Shown here in pieces: positions 27,241-42,243 of a DNA stretch of 64,000 nt (positions are counted from its first letter, which is position 1; every line of letters begins with the position of its first letter). The stretch is taken from assembly GCF_009914755.1 (NCBI RefSeq), contig NC_060945.1, one strand, 5' to 3'. The translations under genes and the position numbers were made by a program. The notes under the pieces were generated by a model, which was not told where the DNA came from, made no database searches, and saw only the letters and a program-made list of their open reading frames with translations. The DNA comes from the human T2T-CHM13v2.0 reference genome, Homo sapiens.

Positions 27241-29929
27241 TATGATAAATCACAGAGACATAGAGGAAACTGCTGGAATATTAAATTCAGGTGTCTGTCA
27301 TCCTCTATTTATCTGAGACTAAGTATGAAAGTTCCAGAAGATGTCCAGTGTTTTTGTATGTTCATATTCACCTGGAAGAGAGAATTTGCTAATGAACAGA
27401 AAGTTATATTTGATATGGGTAAAGTATCTGGTGCAAAACAAATTTTTTCGTAACAGCAAATACAACTGTAGGGGACGACCAAGATTGTCAGAAAAGTATC
27501 GACTGACAAAAAAAAATACAATGATTAAAAACACATTTGCTATATATTCCTCTTTTTGTAGCTCAATATAAAATACTGGCTTGTCTGGCAGTTTTTGCCC
27601 ACCTTAATTTATAATACTGTCCTGCGACTTCTCTCCAAATTATGAGATCCATGAAATGGAGCCATTATTCTGGCATCCTGGGATATTTGTTCAAGAACCA
27701 CAGGACACTAAGGGGTTCAACTATAAAGCATGTAGTTCAGAGCAAGTCAGCTCATTTTATGCAAGGCACAAAGATTTCCTGTAGAAGGCTTCAACATCCC
27801 CAGGCCACTTTGTCCTGTAAGAGACCCAAGCTATACTTTGGATAGTTTAACCAATTAAAAAGTAAAGGAGCTGCCCAGAGGCCAGTGTTCTGCAGTCATC
27901 TCTCAAGTATGATATGACAAGGTCTTTAAAGAATGTGTTGTAATTCTTCCCTCTTTGGTCTTCAATGCAAAGTGTCTCATTTTAAAACCCTGAGGCTCTA
28001 TACTCAAAACTATAGAGATCAAAAAGTTTGAAATTCCCTGATATTCTCTGTTTACCAATGATAAAACTTTGATTACCCACATTTTATCTTTATAAAGCAC
28101 CTGAATGGTAGATCATCATGTTATTAACACCAAGAGCATGGTTTTACCTGTTAGGGATTGCAACGGATTCAAAAGCTTCCCTTTGTTCATGTTCTCAATT
28201 TCTTCCAAGAGCTTTATTTTATACAGGGAAATAAATATCATATTATTTTTTCTAGAATTAGGAGTACAGGGGCAAAGTAACGTTTATCAGAAAATAAGAA
28301 CATGCTGGGATAAGAAATGGGAAGTTAAATGAGCCACCAACTCTTGGTTGCCCTGTACCGTTTTCTTGATATATCTATTCAAGGCCACTTGGGAAAATTT
28401 TCCTACTGAAACAGTCTGTAGTAGTGCATCCTGTACCCAAAACGTTGCTCTACTTAAAGTGAGAAGGAGAAGGATGAGCAGTTTTTCAACCAACCTTACC
28501 TAAAAACAGGTCAGGTCCAAGTAGAGACTTGCAAATATAAAAAGATGTAAAAATTCAATTTTCTATTAAATAACAAAAATGAAATATCCCTAAAAAAATC
28601 CTTGAAATGCTAAACCAAAATTTAGGTTTGTCCAAGATTATCACTGAAACTCAAGTCCAGAATTCATGGATTCTGTCACACACTTTGAGAATATAAATCA
28701 GTCAAGAAGGGAGAAGAGAAGGGCAATAGTAGAGACATTTCCTGGAGATTTCTATTGACATGCTGTGAGTTCTCACTTCTAAATCCCAGGGAGGGATTTC
28801 TTCCTTCTTTATTTCAGACTTGGTGAGGGGTCCCTCCACTGCATGACTGGGAAAGCTTAAATACTCTGCTGCAGGTGAGGAGATAGAGAGCTGGTCCTGA
28901 TCGTTACTTGAGAAAAGCAAAGGCAACCAGGGGCAAGTGGGAGGTGGATACATTTCTAGAATTTGGTAAGAAAAGTATGTGTGTTATACATGAAAAAGAT
29001 AAAGTTCACATGGGAGGAAAAGCCCTTCTAGGGTCATCTGTTTGGGAAGTGGGAAGACACAGAAGGCCCCCATGCACAAGAAGTTAGAGATCAATTTCAG
29101 ATTCCTCCCTATGGAAGAAAACATGAGTCGTCACCATGAAAGAAATACTTTTGCCTGAGTCAAGAAATGTCAAGAGAATATCCACCAATAATGGCCATCT
29201 CCAATGAACCCATGAATTTTCTGCTAGGAAACAGGAAGACCACAAAGTAAGCAGTGGTTTGAAGATGGTGAAATTCAGGCATGCCCTTTCCCAAGCTTTT
29301 ACCACTTTTGATCAATAACTTGTACTTAACATTTAGCCGCTGATTTTTAAGACACTTTGCAATACTCTATTATCTTTTCCAGATGACAAATTTTATCTGA
29401 CAGTTTTCATCTAGAGACAGAGGAAATTTACATATACTAAATACATGTTAAAGAAACAGCAAGAGAAAAAAAAATGAGGTTACATTTTTCTATTGCCATG
29501 AGTTTTGTTTTTCAGTATCTTGGTTGAGGATGTAGATTTCTACATAGAGACAAGTTCTACAATAAAGTAGAACATTTGAGCTAAATATTTCAGAAAAGTA
29601 AAAGGAAACATGCTCCAGTGTGATTGGTAGCTGCCCATAGAATACTTACAAAACTTTTACTTACAAAATGTCATTTTTTTTAAATCTGGAAAGTTTTCTT
29701 TATTTGAGAGAATGCATAGCTTCCAGGGATGTTCATGGAGTCCTAAGGAAGGAAAGAGAAAGTCACTGCAGAAGATTGCAAAATGTTTCCAATTCAACTC
29801 TCATCCTTGAATTCATGTCCCTTCTGATGTAATTTTTTAGTATCCTCCAACTCTAAGGACTCAACCATCTGATTTTCTTTGGTCAGTAAAATGAGACAGA
29901 GGAATAGTATGCAAGTTCTGACCCAAAGA

Positions 29930-31022
29930 ATCATATGGGAAAAGCTCCTTGATATTGGCCTTAGCAATAATTTTTTTTTGGATATCACAACAAAAGCTCA
30001 GATGACAAAAGCTAAAATTAACAAACGGTAATACATCTAACTAAAAGGTTTCTGTGTAGCAAAAAAGAAAAAGAAAAGGCAGCCTACTGATTGGGAGAAA
30101 ATATTTGCACACAATATATCTGATTAGGGGTTAATATTCAAAAGATAAGAAATTCACATAACCCAATAGCCAAAAATACAACCAGTTTTTAAAATGGCAA
30201 AGAACTTGAATAGACATTTCTTCAAATAAGACAGAAAAGTTGCCGATAGATATATGAAAAGGCACTCAACATCACTAGTTATTTGGGAAATGCAAACCAA
30301 AACCAGAAAATATCACCCCACACTTGTTAGACTGGCTATTATCAAAAAGACCAGAGATAAGTGTTAGAAAGGGTAGACATAAAGAAAAGGGAAAACTTGT
30401 ACACTATTGGTAACAATGTAAATTGGCTCAGCCATTATGGAATGCAGTGTGGAGATTCCTCACAAAAGTAAAAATAGATCTACTATATGACCCAGCAATC
30501 CCTGTTCTGCATATATATGCAAAAGAAATGAAATTAGCACCTCATAGAGATATCTGCACTCCCATGCTCATTGCAGCATTATTCACAGCAGCCAAAATAT
30601 GGAAACAACCTTAGTGTCGATTGGTGAATGAATGGATAAAGAAACTGGGAGATATATAGATATATACATGTAGATGTGTACATAGATACATATATAAAAT
30701 TAAATCATATATAATGAAATATAGTAAGTATTATTCAGCCTTATAACAGATGGCAATCCTGCCATTTATGACAACATGGATGAGTCTGGACATTATGCTA
30801 AGCAAAAAAACTCAGATTCAAAGAGAAAAATATTACATGATCTCACTTATGTGTGAAATCTAAATATATATAATTTATATATATTTATATATCACATAAA
30901 AATTATATATCTTTGATATGTAATTTATATATATTTATATATCATATATAAAAATTATATATATCTTTCATATATATTTATATAAAAATCCTGTTGTATA
31001 CCTTAAATATATATCTTTTAAA
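29930..31022 (+). mobile_element. L1MA (about MA8-10) 3' portion, 3' UTR largely replaced by an AT-rich tandem
   Basis: ORF2 C-terminal peptide in ORF 30423-30614 ('YDPAIPVLHIY..ICTPMLIAALFT'). Terminal 'ctgttgtataccttaaatata'. Confidence 0.85.
30864..30988. repeat. (TA)-rich tandem, about 2.3 copies of a roughly 50-bp unit
   Basis: 'aatttatatatatttatatatca(c/t)at..aaaattatatat(at)cttt' repeated. Confidence 0.8.
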
Positions 31023-31550
31023 AACAGAGACATCTAGGAACCTTAGTGCATACATAAGTCTGTTTTTCACCTTTCAACAGCAGAGTGACTATCACATTAA
31101 ATATATGATGCCTAAAAAGCATCTCTAAAATAAAATAAATGTTGATTATCTTTCTCAACTCCTAGCAGTATTTTGTTAATGTATCTATAGATACTTACAG
31201 TAAAAAGAAGAAATTGTACAAATAGACATGAAAAGAAAAGCAATAGCCCATAGATTAATAAGAAAAAAAACAGAAGGATTAAAAAGCAAGATAGAAAGAA
31301 CATTAAAGTGCTCAGTTTTAAATGAGATATGTCATGAATTTCCCAACTTTAAAAAATTGGGCTGTGCAAAGAAAAATTTGTGTGTGTACGTGGTGTGTGT
31401 GTGTACAGAGAGGCAGAAGGAGAGACATATAATACAATAATATGTTTATAAATTTATAGATATGTGTGTATATATTAAAAAAGTAAAATAAACTATTGTA
31501 TTCATACATTATTAAATGTTAATTATGTATTTATCAATCAACTAGTGAGT

Positions 31551-31906
31551 ATTCTTAGTCCATTTGGACTGCTATAACCAAACGTCATAAACAGTAGCTT
31601 AAAAAAATAAAAATTCATTTCTCACAGTTCTAGAGACTAAGAAGTCCAACTTCAAAGGTCTGGCAGATTCATTGTCTGGTGAAAGCCCACTTCCTTACAG
31701 ATGGTGGTTTCTTACTATGCCCTTTCATGGTGGAAGGCATAAGGGACTTCTCTGTTCTCTTTTATAAGGACACTAATCCCATTCATAAGGGCTGTACTTT
31801 CATGACCTAATCCTTTGCAAAGGCCCTACCTCCTAATACTATCACTTTGGGGTTAAGGATTTCAATATATGAATTTTGGGGGAACACATATATTTAGACC
31901 ATAGCA
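31551..31906 (-). mobile_element. MLT1A0-like solo LTR inside an L2 remnant (about 31520-32620)
   Basis: 'cttagtccatttggactgctataac..cactaatcccattcat..tttagaccatagca'. Confidence 0.85.
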
Positions 31907-33497
31907 AGTTCCTACTATGTACTCAATGTTGGTACAGCAAGACATAGTCCTATACCACAAGAAGGTGGCATTATATAATAAAATATAAATATGTTTATAA
32001 AAATAAATATAACTCACACATATACTGAAAGGCAGGCAAGTGAACCAAATCAAATGCTGTGTTGGCTATGAATATTTAGCATGCTCCGGAAGTCAAGAAG
32101 GATTTCAGATACTGGAGCCACTGGTGAAGATGAGGCTTAAACTGAGATGTTAAGGGTCAGTTGGTTAGATGAGAAAGGGCTATCTATTCCCTGCCCTGAA
32201 GGAACAGCCTGAGAGAAGCAGGGGAGGTTCAGCAGCATGAAGCATTGCAGAAAATCCATAGGTACGAATGTGTGGCAGGCATGAAGCATGGGTGAGCAGG
32301 AAGAGTAGAGGGAAGGGGGAGAATGATAGCAAGAAACCTGTGATTAAGGACTTTGCATGGCAAGTTAAAGACTGAGCATATTTCCATAAATAGGAAGGAG
32401 CCTTAACAGTGGATAAATGTGATTTTTTATGCTTTGAAAAGATCACCTTGTCACCATCTGGAAGATGGATGGGAGAGGAACCAGACAAGAGGCAAGATGG
32501 CTTAGCGGAAGGAAGAGGCGATTCTGTGGGCATAATCCAGGAAAAGCATAATAAGAACTTGTCCAGGACAAGAAAAAACTAAAATCAAATAAGTGGGGCT
32601 GTACCAAAGAAGGATAGAATCAAGGTGGTTTCAGCTCATTCAATATTTTAAAAAAATTATACACATATTTTTGTGAGTACATAACTGATGCATGCATACT
32701 TCATTTATCCACATAAACAAGAGAGGATATACAAAAAGTAAAAGTTCTGTGATAATGTGGAGGTAGTATGGGTTTATTGGTTTAATTGACAGCATTTCTT
32801 TTTGCACTTAAAATATAATAAAGCTTATAGCTTGGTTTGGTAATACCAAGTGCCTCAAAAAAAGTCTGTATATCTAAATAAGTCTATAACAGATTTAGTT
32901 TAATATTTAAATCCAAGAGTAATAGAATTACAAGGGTAAAGTGTGTTTCCCTGGAAGAATTACTTGAAGGTGGATAGACATGTAGAAGAATTGAGCCTTG
33001 CAGGGAAATCATTGATTAGAAACAATAATAATGGCATATGCCAGATCACATTGTCGGAAATTTATTTTTGATTTTGCTTAGGCACTAGAAGTAGGAGTCT
33101 ACAAGAGGAATAGAGGCATAAGCAGAAAACTTGAAAGGGCAAATGGAAATTTCCCTTTGTAGTAAGGAGACAGACGTTTCTTACTAAAGAAAAGATAAAA
33201 GGCTGCTTTGAAGCATCCTGAGAAGACTTTATGCACAAAGCTCAGAGAGGTCTCCAAGCTACAGACAAATGCTGGCTCTAATACTAAGAACGGTATGTTC
33301 AATGCTAGACAGAAATGTTGGAGGGCTATTCAAAGCAATGATCAGTAATGGTTGAAAATTAGTAGGAAAAGTTTTGATTGTGTATAGTAGTTTTTTATTT
33401 TTCATTCTTGCTCAAAATTGGATGCCATCTTTTTAAAATATAGCTACTACCTATTTTGTGATTATCATTAGATAGCACAGATAAAATTAATACATAA

Positions 33498-33848
33498 CTT
33501 TTAAATTTTTCAACTTTTATTTTAGATATGGGGATACATGTACAGGCTTATTACATGGGAATATTGCATGATTCTGAGGTTTGAGGTACAGATCCCCTCA
33601 CGCAGGTAGTAAGCATAGTACCTGATAGATACTAATATTTCGATCCATACTCCCCTTCTTCCTGCCCCCTTCCCCACTCTAGTAATCCTCAGTGTGTATT
33701 GTTCCCACATTTATGTCCACGTGTGCTCAATGTTTAGCTCTTATGGATATGATTTCATTCTTTTTTATGGCTGCATAGTATTCTGCGGTGTGTGTGTGTG
33801 TGTGATATCACATTTTCTTTACCCAGTCTACCATTGATGGGCACCTGA
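33498..33848 (-). mobile_element. L1PA16/L1PB-like 3' end fragment with internal deletion and a short (TG)n
   Basis: 'acttttattttagat..acatgtacaggcttattacatggg..gtaagcatagtacc..tgctcaatgtttagctc'. Confidence 0.8.
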
Positions 33849-34083
33849 AAATGATCAAGGACATCATTTGAGCATAAGCAGGAACATTTTTGCTAAAGTC
33901 TACTGTTAACTAGAAAGTGTCAAAAAACACTTTATGGATAGTAAGAACACAGAAGATTCATAAAGTTTTAAAACATCCCTAAAAAGTAAGCAAGGTGGCT
34001 TACTATGCTCCAGGCATTTGAGATATGTCAGTGAATCAAACTTACAAAGACCCATGCTCTCATGGAGTTTATACTGTAGCAAT

Positions 34084-34571
34084 TGCATTCATTTTCTATA
34101 TCTGTTGTAACAAATTACTACTATCTTGAAAGCTTAAAAGCACAAATTTATTTTCTCACAGTTCTGGAAGCCAGAAGTCTGAAATCAGTATAATTGGTCC
34201 CAAATCAAGGAAATCAAGGAGTCTCCAACACCTCATTCCCTCCAGAGGATCTAGGGGAGAATCTGTTCCTTGCGTCTTCCAGCTTCTGGTGTCTACAATT
34301 ATTCCCTGGCTTGTGCCCACATCACTCTAGTCTCTGCCTCTGTGGTCGCATTGCTCCCACTTATGTCCGTCAAATTTCCATCTGCTTCTCTCTTACAGGA
34401 ACACTCATAGCTGCATTTAGAGCCTATGTAGATAATATAAGATAATCTCTCCTTCCTAAGATCCTTAATTTAATCACATCTGCAGAGATCATTTTTCCAA
34501 ACAAGGTAACATTTCTTAGGTTCTGGGCATTAGGACCTGGTGTCTTCAGGGGCGTTATTCAGCCTGCCACG
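34084..34571 (-). mobile_element. MLT1C/D-like solo LTR
   Basis: MLT1 motifs 'ttctcacagttctggaagccagaagtctgaaatcag' and 'ttaatcacatctgca'. TSD 'gcaat' at 34079-34083 and 34572-34576. Confidence 0.85.
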
Positions 34572-34622
34572 GCAATGGAAACGCGCAATTCACCAAGTGA
34601 TAAATAAATAATATAGTAGTCA

Positions 34623-34923
34623 GGCCAAGAACAGTGGTTCACGCCTGTAATCCCAGCACTTTGGGAGGCCAAGGCAGGCAGATCACTTGAGGTCAGGAGT
34701 TCGAGACCAGCCTGGCCAACATGGTGAAACCCCGTCTTTACTGAAAAATACAAAAATTAGCTGGGAGTGATGGCACACGCCTGTAGTCCCAGCTTCTCGA
34801 GAGGCTAAGGCAGGAGAATCTCTTGAGTCTGGGCAGCGGAGGTTGTAGGGAGCCGAGATTGCGCCACTGCACTCCAGGCTGGGAGACAGAGAGAGACAAC
34901 GTCTCAAAAAAAAAAAAAAAAAA
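34623..34923 (+). mobile_element. Full-length AluS (Sx/Sz-like)
   Basis: 'cacgcctgtaatcccagcactttgggagg..gatcacttgaggtcaggagttcgagaccagcctggccaacatggtg' and poly-A. Confidence 0.93.
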
Positions 34924-34939
34924 GATAGAGAAAATTGAT

Positions 34940-35037
34940 ATACACTTGAGCCCAGGAAAGGGAGGTTGCAGTGAGCCCAGATCGTGCCATTGCACTCCAG
35001 CCTGGGCAACAGAGCGAGACTCTGTCTCAAAAAAAAG
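34940..35037 (+). mobile_element. Alu 3' fragment directly behind the previous Alu tail
   Basis: 'cacttgagcccagg..gaggttgcagtgagc..gagactctgtctcaaaaaaaa'. 'aaaaaaaagata' occurs on both sides. Confidence 0.88.
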
Positions 35038-35049
35038 ATATGGTAATTA

Positions 35050-35680
35050 GATGGTGATAAGGGACTTAGGGGGAAATGTAGAAGATGGTAAAGGGACCAA
35101 TGATTCCAGGAGTTGGAGGATAGAGAGAGGAAGAAATTACCTTTTAAAGTACTTTCTTTGGATAAGCTTCATTGAGCAAAAAGAAGGAGAAAAAGGAGTA
35201 GACCTCACTGATACTTGCAGGAAGAGCTTCCAAGCAGCAGACAGGAGCAGCCGGAGTCCAGCCTTTAAGGGGCAGCTGGCTTGCAGCATTCTCGCTACTA
35301 AAAGTTGTGAGACCAAATGAGCTTTTAGGATGACAGTGAAGCAGATAGAAATGGAGAAATCAAGAGGTCTAAGACTGGGACAGAGGCATCTTAACATTCA
35401 AATGTCAGAGAAAATAGAGATAGGAGAAAGGAGACCGAGAAAGCTTGGCCAAGGAAACAGGGAAAGGCAAGAAAGGATGGAGACTTGTAGGTCAAAGGAA
35501 GAAAGATATTCAAAGAGAAATGAATAATGGACTGGCAAAGGCTCGTGATAGGTCAAGTAAGTTGAGAACAGAGAACTGATCTTCGTTATTTAGCGGAAGG
35601 CATTATAGATAAAGTACACAGGATCGGATTTGGCAGGCAACTGTGGGCAAAAAGCTGACTGCAATGAGTTTGAGACTCTT
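35050..35680 (-). mobile_element. Degenerate L2 fragment
   Basis: 'gtaggtcaaaggaagaaagatattc..ggtcaagtaagttgagaacagagaactga'. Confidence 0.6.
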
Positions 35681-36109
35681 CTGAGTCATGGATCAGCAAT
35701 CATTCCACTAAACCGTTCTGCCTAAGCGTAAGATAATATCTCATTTGCTGTAGAGTTCATAATTTGCCTCTTTAGGTAGTTCTACAGAAAAAAAGAGCTA
35801 AGTGGCTCTTTTCTACTTAAAGTGCATATGTTTCTCTCATGATTTTCCAGATGTTTGATTTATTTTCTGCAAGCTCGAGTATCATCAGACTAGATGCTTT
35901 GCTCTACAAACACAGCTGTGTGAATTTGAACACTGATGAGAGATTCACCCTTATGGAGGCATTGTCAAGGGTCACCTCCTTATCCTGGCCTAGATGGCCA
36001 GTCCATAGTGAATAGAACAATGGAAGCAAAATTATATCGATCTCTGGCAGGGCAAAGTGTGATGAGGATAATTTGGAATAACTCCACAGAATTTTAAAAA
36101 GTACTCCAA

Positions 36110-36477
<368 letters not shown>

Positions 36478-36847
36478 TAGACACAAATGCACGGAGACAG
36501 GAACAGAGGCAGAATGGGTAGCCCTGCACAGGCTTTGTATCATTCTCCCTCTGGCACAGCAATGGCTATTTTCCACTGTAGTAACTTCCTGGCTTAACAC
36601 ATAAGATGATAAACTTTATGGATTGTTTAATCCTGCTTTTTCCATAAAAGCTTTCAAGCAGCTTTAAAAATATGATGATTCTGGAGGAAAATGTGTAAAA
36701 TAATCTGGACCAGATAAGATGTCAAATGCAAAGACAGTACTAGGAGTAATATTTCACCATGGGGATGCTGGTCACAAGAAACTACATAACCATTACAAGC
36801 ATCTCTGAATTTTTCTTCAAATTTCCTGACATCTAGCATAGAGATGT

Positions 36848-37234
36848 TGTATTAGCAAGCTCAAGTTCCCGTAACAGAATACCACAGACTAGGTGGCTTA
36901 AACAACAGAAATTTATTTCCTTACATTTCTGGAGGCTCTAAGTCCAAGATCAAGGTGCCAGCAAGCTAGGTTTCCGGCGAGGCCTCTCTCCCTGGCTTAG
37001 AGATGACTACTTTCTTGCTGTGTCTTCATGTGGCCTTTTCATTGTTACTGTCTCTTCCTCTTCTTATAAGGCCACCAATACTTCTGGACTAGGGCCCCAC
37101 TTGTGGATTATAACCCCATTTAACATTACTTACCTCTTTAAAGGCCCTACCTCCAAATACAGTCATATTAGGGATGAGGGTTTCAACATCTGAATTGGAG
37201 GTTTAGGGGAGGAAGATACAATTCAGTTATAACA
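36848..37234 (-). mobile_element. MLT1B-like solo LTR
   Basis: 'tgtattag..cagaataccacagactaggtggcttaaacaacagaaatttattt..caattcagttataaca'. Confidence 0.85.
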
Positions 37235-38391
37235 CGAGGCATGAATTTCTGGGGTCTCCCTGTTGCTAAGTTACATAAACCAGGGGGGATAGTAGGACTG
37301 GCACCTCATTGTAAACCTTTAGGAGGCTAATCAAGGTTCTCATCTGAAGGAATATTGACTGCACCTTTAAATAGAACTAGGATGTTTTCATTAAAAGAAA
37401 ATTCTGGAACATCAAACAAATATTCACGGTCTCCAAATTCTTTTCTATTGATCCATATTCACAGACAAATAAAGTTTTGTTGTTATTTTTAATTAAGTAG
37501 TGTGTATGCTTACAAAGGAATATATGTAATTTATACATGAGTTCTGAAGCATAATAATGAACACACCACTCACTGTATGAGCTAGAATTTTAACCATACC
37601 ATTGAATTAGCCTGTGTGATCTGACCTCATCCAAATACCTCTAGGTATGCCCACAAGAGATGTGTTATTTTGCAGTTTCAAATAATACTGCTCTAAAGGG
37701 TCTTCCACATGTCTCTAAGCACCGGAGTGTTTACCCAGGGGGAGAATTGAAGGTTTTCATAAAGTATGTTCAGATCTAGTTTCAGGAAACAATGCTAAAT
37801 TGTGATCCAAAGCAGTAGTATCAATTTACACTCCCACCTACATGACATAGACGTTTTCATTGCTTTACCTTCTCAACAACTCTTAGAATTATCTTTTTAG
37901 TTTTAAATATATATCATTGTGGTCTTCATGTTTCTGTTTATTCATAAGTTTGAGCATCTTTTAAAATGTTTATTTGTCTTGCACGTTTTCACCTCTGTAA
38001 AATACCTGTTCCTGTCTTTAGCTCATTCTTACATGTTTTTATGTGTCATCTATACACATACATATATATGTTATATACACGTTTATGTGTCACATTAGTA
38101 TATTTTTCCTAGATATTTGATCTAAGTCATTTATATATGACACCAGTAATTTCTCCCAATTTATAGGTATTTGTTTTTACTTTTTTTCACTGTCTTCCAG
38201 CATAATTGGTGGGAAAAAATTTCAATTCTAGTAAAATAAAATGTATCAATAATTTATTTTGTGTTCTAATGCCCTATGTAATTGAAAAAATTCAATCTTC
38301 AGTATGGAGATATCCTCCTATATTTTCTTCTGACAGCTTTAAGTTTATGACTTTCACTTTAACTCCAATTTGACTTGCATTTATTGTATTG

Positions 38392-38935
<544 letters not shown>

Positions 38936-39357
38936 TAGATATTTTAAAGTCATTAATGCCATTCAATAAAATGTCCCACAAAATGATGTATGCCTCATTT
39001 ATTAGATTTATTCCAAATTGTCATATTTTTGCTATTGTAAATAATATATTTTTAATTTTTTTCTACTGTGATTGGCATATAGACATGCAATAGCTTATTG
39101 TAAATCAAACTTATGTCTAGCCATCTTAATACTTACTACTTCTTATAACTTGTTTATAGGCTTATTTGTGCTATTTTTATAAATACAATCATATAAACTA
39201 CACTTTATGAGTTTTGTCTCTGCTTGTCTAATCTTTATGCTTCTTATTTCTTTTTTGTTGTTATTTTGGTATTGTCCTGGTTACAATGTACAAACCATCA
39301 CTGAATAGAAGTGGTAATGAAGCCCCAAATTTAAAACAGAAGTTTCCAACTTTGCCC

Positions 39358-39795
39358 TGTGTTTTGATCAATTTTCTCAACTTGGCTAGGTTATAGTAGT
39401 CAGTTTCTTGGTCAAACATCAGTCTAGATGTTGCTGTGAAGGTGATATTAAATATAATTAACATCTAAATCAGAAGACTTTAAGTAGAGCAGGTTACCCT
39501 CTATAGCCTGGGCGGTTCTCATCCAATCAGTTGAAGGCCTTAAGAGAAAAGACTGAGGTCCCCCAAAGAGGAAGGAATTCTGCTCACAGGCTGCTTCAGA
39601 CACAAGACTGCAACATCAATGCCTGCAAGAATTTCTAGCCTACTTTCCAGCTTTATACATCTCAGACTTGCCAGCCCACAGAGCTATGTGAGTCAATTCC
39701 TTAAAATGAAACTCTCTACATGTATCTCTGGCTCCATATCTATATATGCTATGAGTCTATGTGTTCCGTTTCTCTGGAGGAACCTTAACTAATAC
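39358..39795 (+). mobile_element. MLT2 (MLT2D/C-like) ERVL solo LTR
   Basis: 'caacttggctagg..ctagatgttgctgtgaagg..catccaatcagttgaaggcctt..ttctctggaggaaccttaactaataca'. Confidence 0.85.
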
Positions 39796-39858
39796 ACCCC
39801 ATGAAGAATGAAGTTTCATGTGGGTTTTTGGCAGTTACCCTTTGTCAAGTTAAGACAG

Positions 39859-40249
39859 TGTGATGGGTTAAATTGTGCCTGTCCACAATATGTTCATTGA
39901 AAACCTCAGATGTAATTAAAGTAAGAATCTCATCATGAGATCATCCTGGATTCACATAGGATCTATATAACATGATGAGAGAGATAGGAAAGGAGACACA
40001 GAGACACAAGGAAGAAAGCCATGTAAAACCAGATTGAAGTGTTGCTGCCACAAGCCAAGAAATACTAGGGGCCATTAGAAGCTTAAAGAGGGAAGAAAAG
40101 ATTCTCCCCTAAAGCTTTCAGAGTGAGTGTGGTCTTTCTGACACCTTGATTTCATTATTCTGGTCTTCAGAACTGTGAAAGAACTTTCTGTTGTTTCAAA
40201 CCAACAAGTTTGCAGTAATTTGTTCCAGAAGTTCTAGAAAGCTAACACA
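39859..40249 (+). mobile_element. MLT1C-like solo LTR, internally deleted
   Basis: 'tgtgatgggttaaattgtg..gccacaagccaag..gacaccttgattt..gctaacaca'. Confidence 0.8.
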
Positions 40250-40317
40250 GTTTCCTTCTCCACCTAAAATTCAGAAAATTGCTGAATTTTATAAAATGTT
40301 TCTGCATTTATCAGTAT

Positions 40318-41082
40318 TGGTAGGGAAAGGAGGCAGGGACATTCTGGGCAGAAGAGGGCAGGTTCCCAGGGAGTGCCCCACCCTTAAGCCTGGAACTGCA
40401 GCCCAAAGTGAGAACTTACATACCTGTTTTCCTGCTTGAACGTTGCATTTTCCAAAACCACCATGGCCTGCCCCATCCCCTATCCTGTACCTATATAAAC
40501 CCCAGGTTCAGCCAGCAGAGAGGAGAAGCAGCAGGATGTTAGAGACTGTGATTGGATGTCAGGGAGAAGTGGCTTGACTTCAGAGGGATGACTTAATGGT
40601 GTAGCTTTGCAGAGGAGTCCAACCAGGGGATGGGCAGACTTCAGGAGAAGATTACCTTCCCTCTCTGTCCCCTTTTCAGTTTCTCTTCCTGCTGAGAGCC
40701 ACTTTCATCAGCAATAAAATCCCCTGCATTTACCATCTTTAATTTGTTCATGTGACCTCATTCCTCCTGAACACCAGACAAGAACTTGGGTGTGGGTGCA
40801 AAAGACTGTCACACTGACACTCCACTGAGCTGTTAACACTTAAGCCGTCTGTAGACAGCAGAGCTAAAAGAGCATGAGCAGTTTTGCTCCCACCGACACC
40901 CAAAAGCGCTCACCTCAAGTCCTGCACCCGCTCACCTGCATTCCCTTTCCCACGAGGTGTGAAGCACAGCGGGTCTGAGTGAATGGAATTCATCCCTGCC
41001 AGCACCAAAGGGGCAGGCTGTTTCCAGCACCCCTGTACTCCAGTTCCAACCTGCAAAGCAGCCAGGGAAATATCCTGCTTCA
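40318..41082 (+). mobile_element. MER50B-like solo LTR (ERV1)
   Basis: TG..CA ends, perfect 4-bp TSD 'gtat' (40314-40317, 41083-41086), 'tatataaacc' and AATAAA. Homologous to the MER50 at 25.7 kb. Confidence 0.82.
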
Positions 41083-41249
41083 GTATCACGATAGGCAGAA
41101 ATTGTAGCAAGTATTGCTAAAGACCACTGGTTAAAAGCACAGAAGTACTTAAAACAAACTGAGCTATTTATTCAAAATGCACAAATTTATATGCTAAACT
41201 GACTGCCTTAGAAAATTCTACAAAACACATTGGCCTTCAGAAAAAGGAT

Positions 41250-41430
41250 ATCATCATATTTCATGTACCTTCTGGAAAACTAAACTACATACTCATGAGA
41301 CAATGAGAGTAAATAAAGCAAATAATGTCCTAATATTATTATAAGATTAATTTTGACCTATAAAACTAGCACTCTAGGAGAAACATGGGGACCCCCAAAG
41401 TCTCACCCCATAGTTATGAACTGCTGCTAC
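41250..41430. mobile_element. hAT-Charlie-type DNA transposon remnant
   Basis: 'gagacaatgagagt..gcaaataatgtcctaatattattataagattaattttgacc..ggggacccc'. Confidence 0.45.
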
Positions 41431-42243
41431 ATTCTGTTATAGTGGTATTAGGGAAAAAGTTATATGTGGAATTTCTTCCAGGTATGTCATTCAAGAACAC
41501 CAAAACTATTTATAAATACATTTGGAGAAAATGTTTCCCTTTAAATTTAGCATATCTGTTTCTCCTGAAAATACCCACAGGGACACAGTCTTTTATTTTG
41601 AATCAACTTCCAAAAGTGCTGCATCTCCTTGTCATGCAATTGTAGTGTCAGGTCTCCACAGGTAATTATATCTGCATCAAAATGCATGGAATTGATATAG
41701 GAAACCAGAACATAACCAAACTTGGCTCATGGCTTGCACTTTAGGGTGAGTTATATGAAAAAGAGATCTTTACAGGATAAAGCAAATTTCTAGTTTATAC
41801 TATCAAGGGAGCTTGAGAGCAGTTTATTTGAAATTTTAAAAAAATGAAAAGAAAAGAAAAATGGCCAGCACAATTTTAATAAAATTTTGCTAACTTTTTG
41901 GCTAAAAAGAGAGACTTAAAGTCTTGAATATGGCAACATATATTTTTCTGGTCTCAATCAGAAATATTATAGTAAAAATCATAACAGAAGGTAACATATC
42001 ATGCCCTAAAGCAGGTATGTTTTTGTGCATAAAAGAAGCAGATAGTTTTTTTAAATTACATATAAAACTAAGTACATTTAATTATGATGAAATATTTTTC
42101 CATGATCCAATTTAAAGTAAAAACTGAAATGAGGTAAAGGGAAGAGTACTAGAAATGCAGTAGCATGATACAGCAAGCTGAAAAGATTCGGAAATAAGCA
42201 TTTGCTCTGTTTCTATTAACGCTGCTAGGTTCTCTTTTTATCA

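Noticed and set aside
28287-28493. 68-aa minus-strand ORF with a signal-peptide-like N-terminus
   Set aside because: It has a non-ATG start, no recognisable family and no supporting exon structure. An ORF of this length is expected by chance.
34559-35050. Overlapping ORFs with '[13 protein letters not shown]'-type peptides (also at 1.2, 36.2, 38.5, 58.0 and 58.9 kb)
   Set aside because: These are standard Alu-derived translations.
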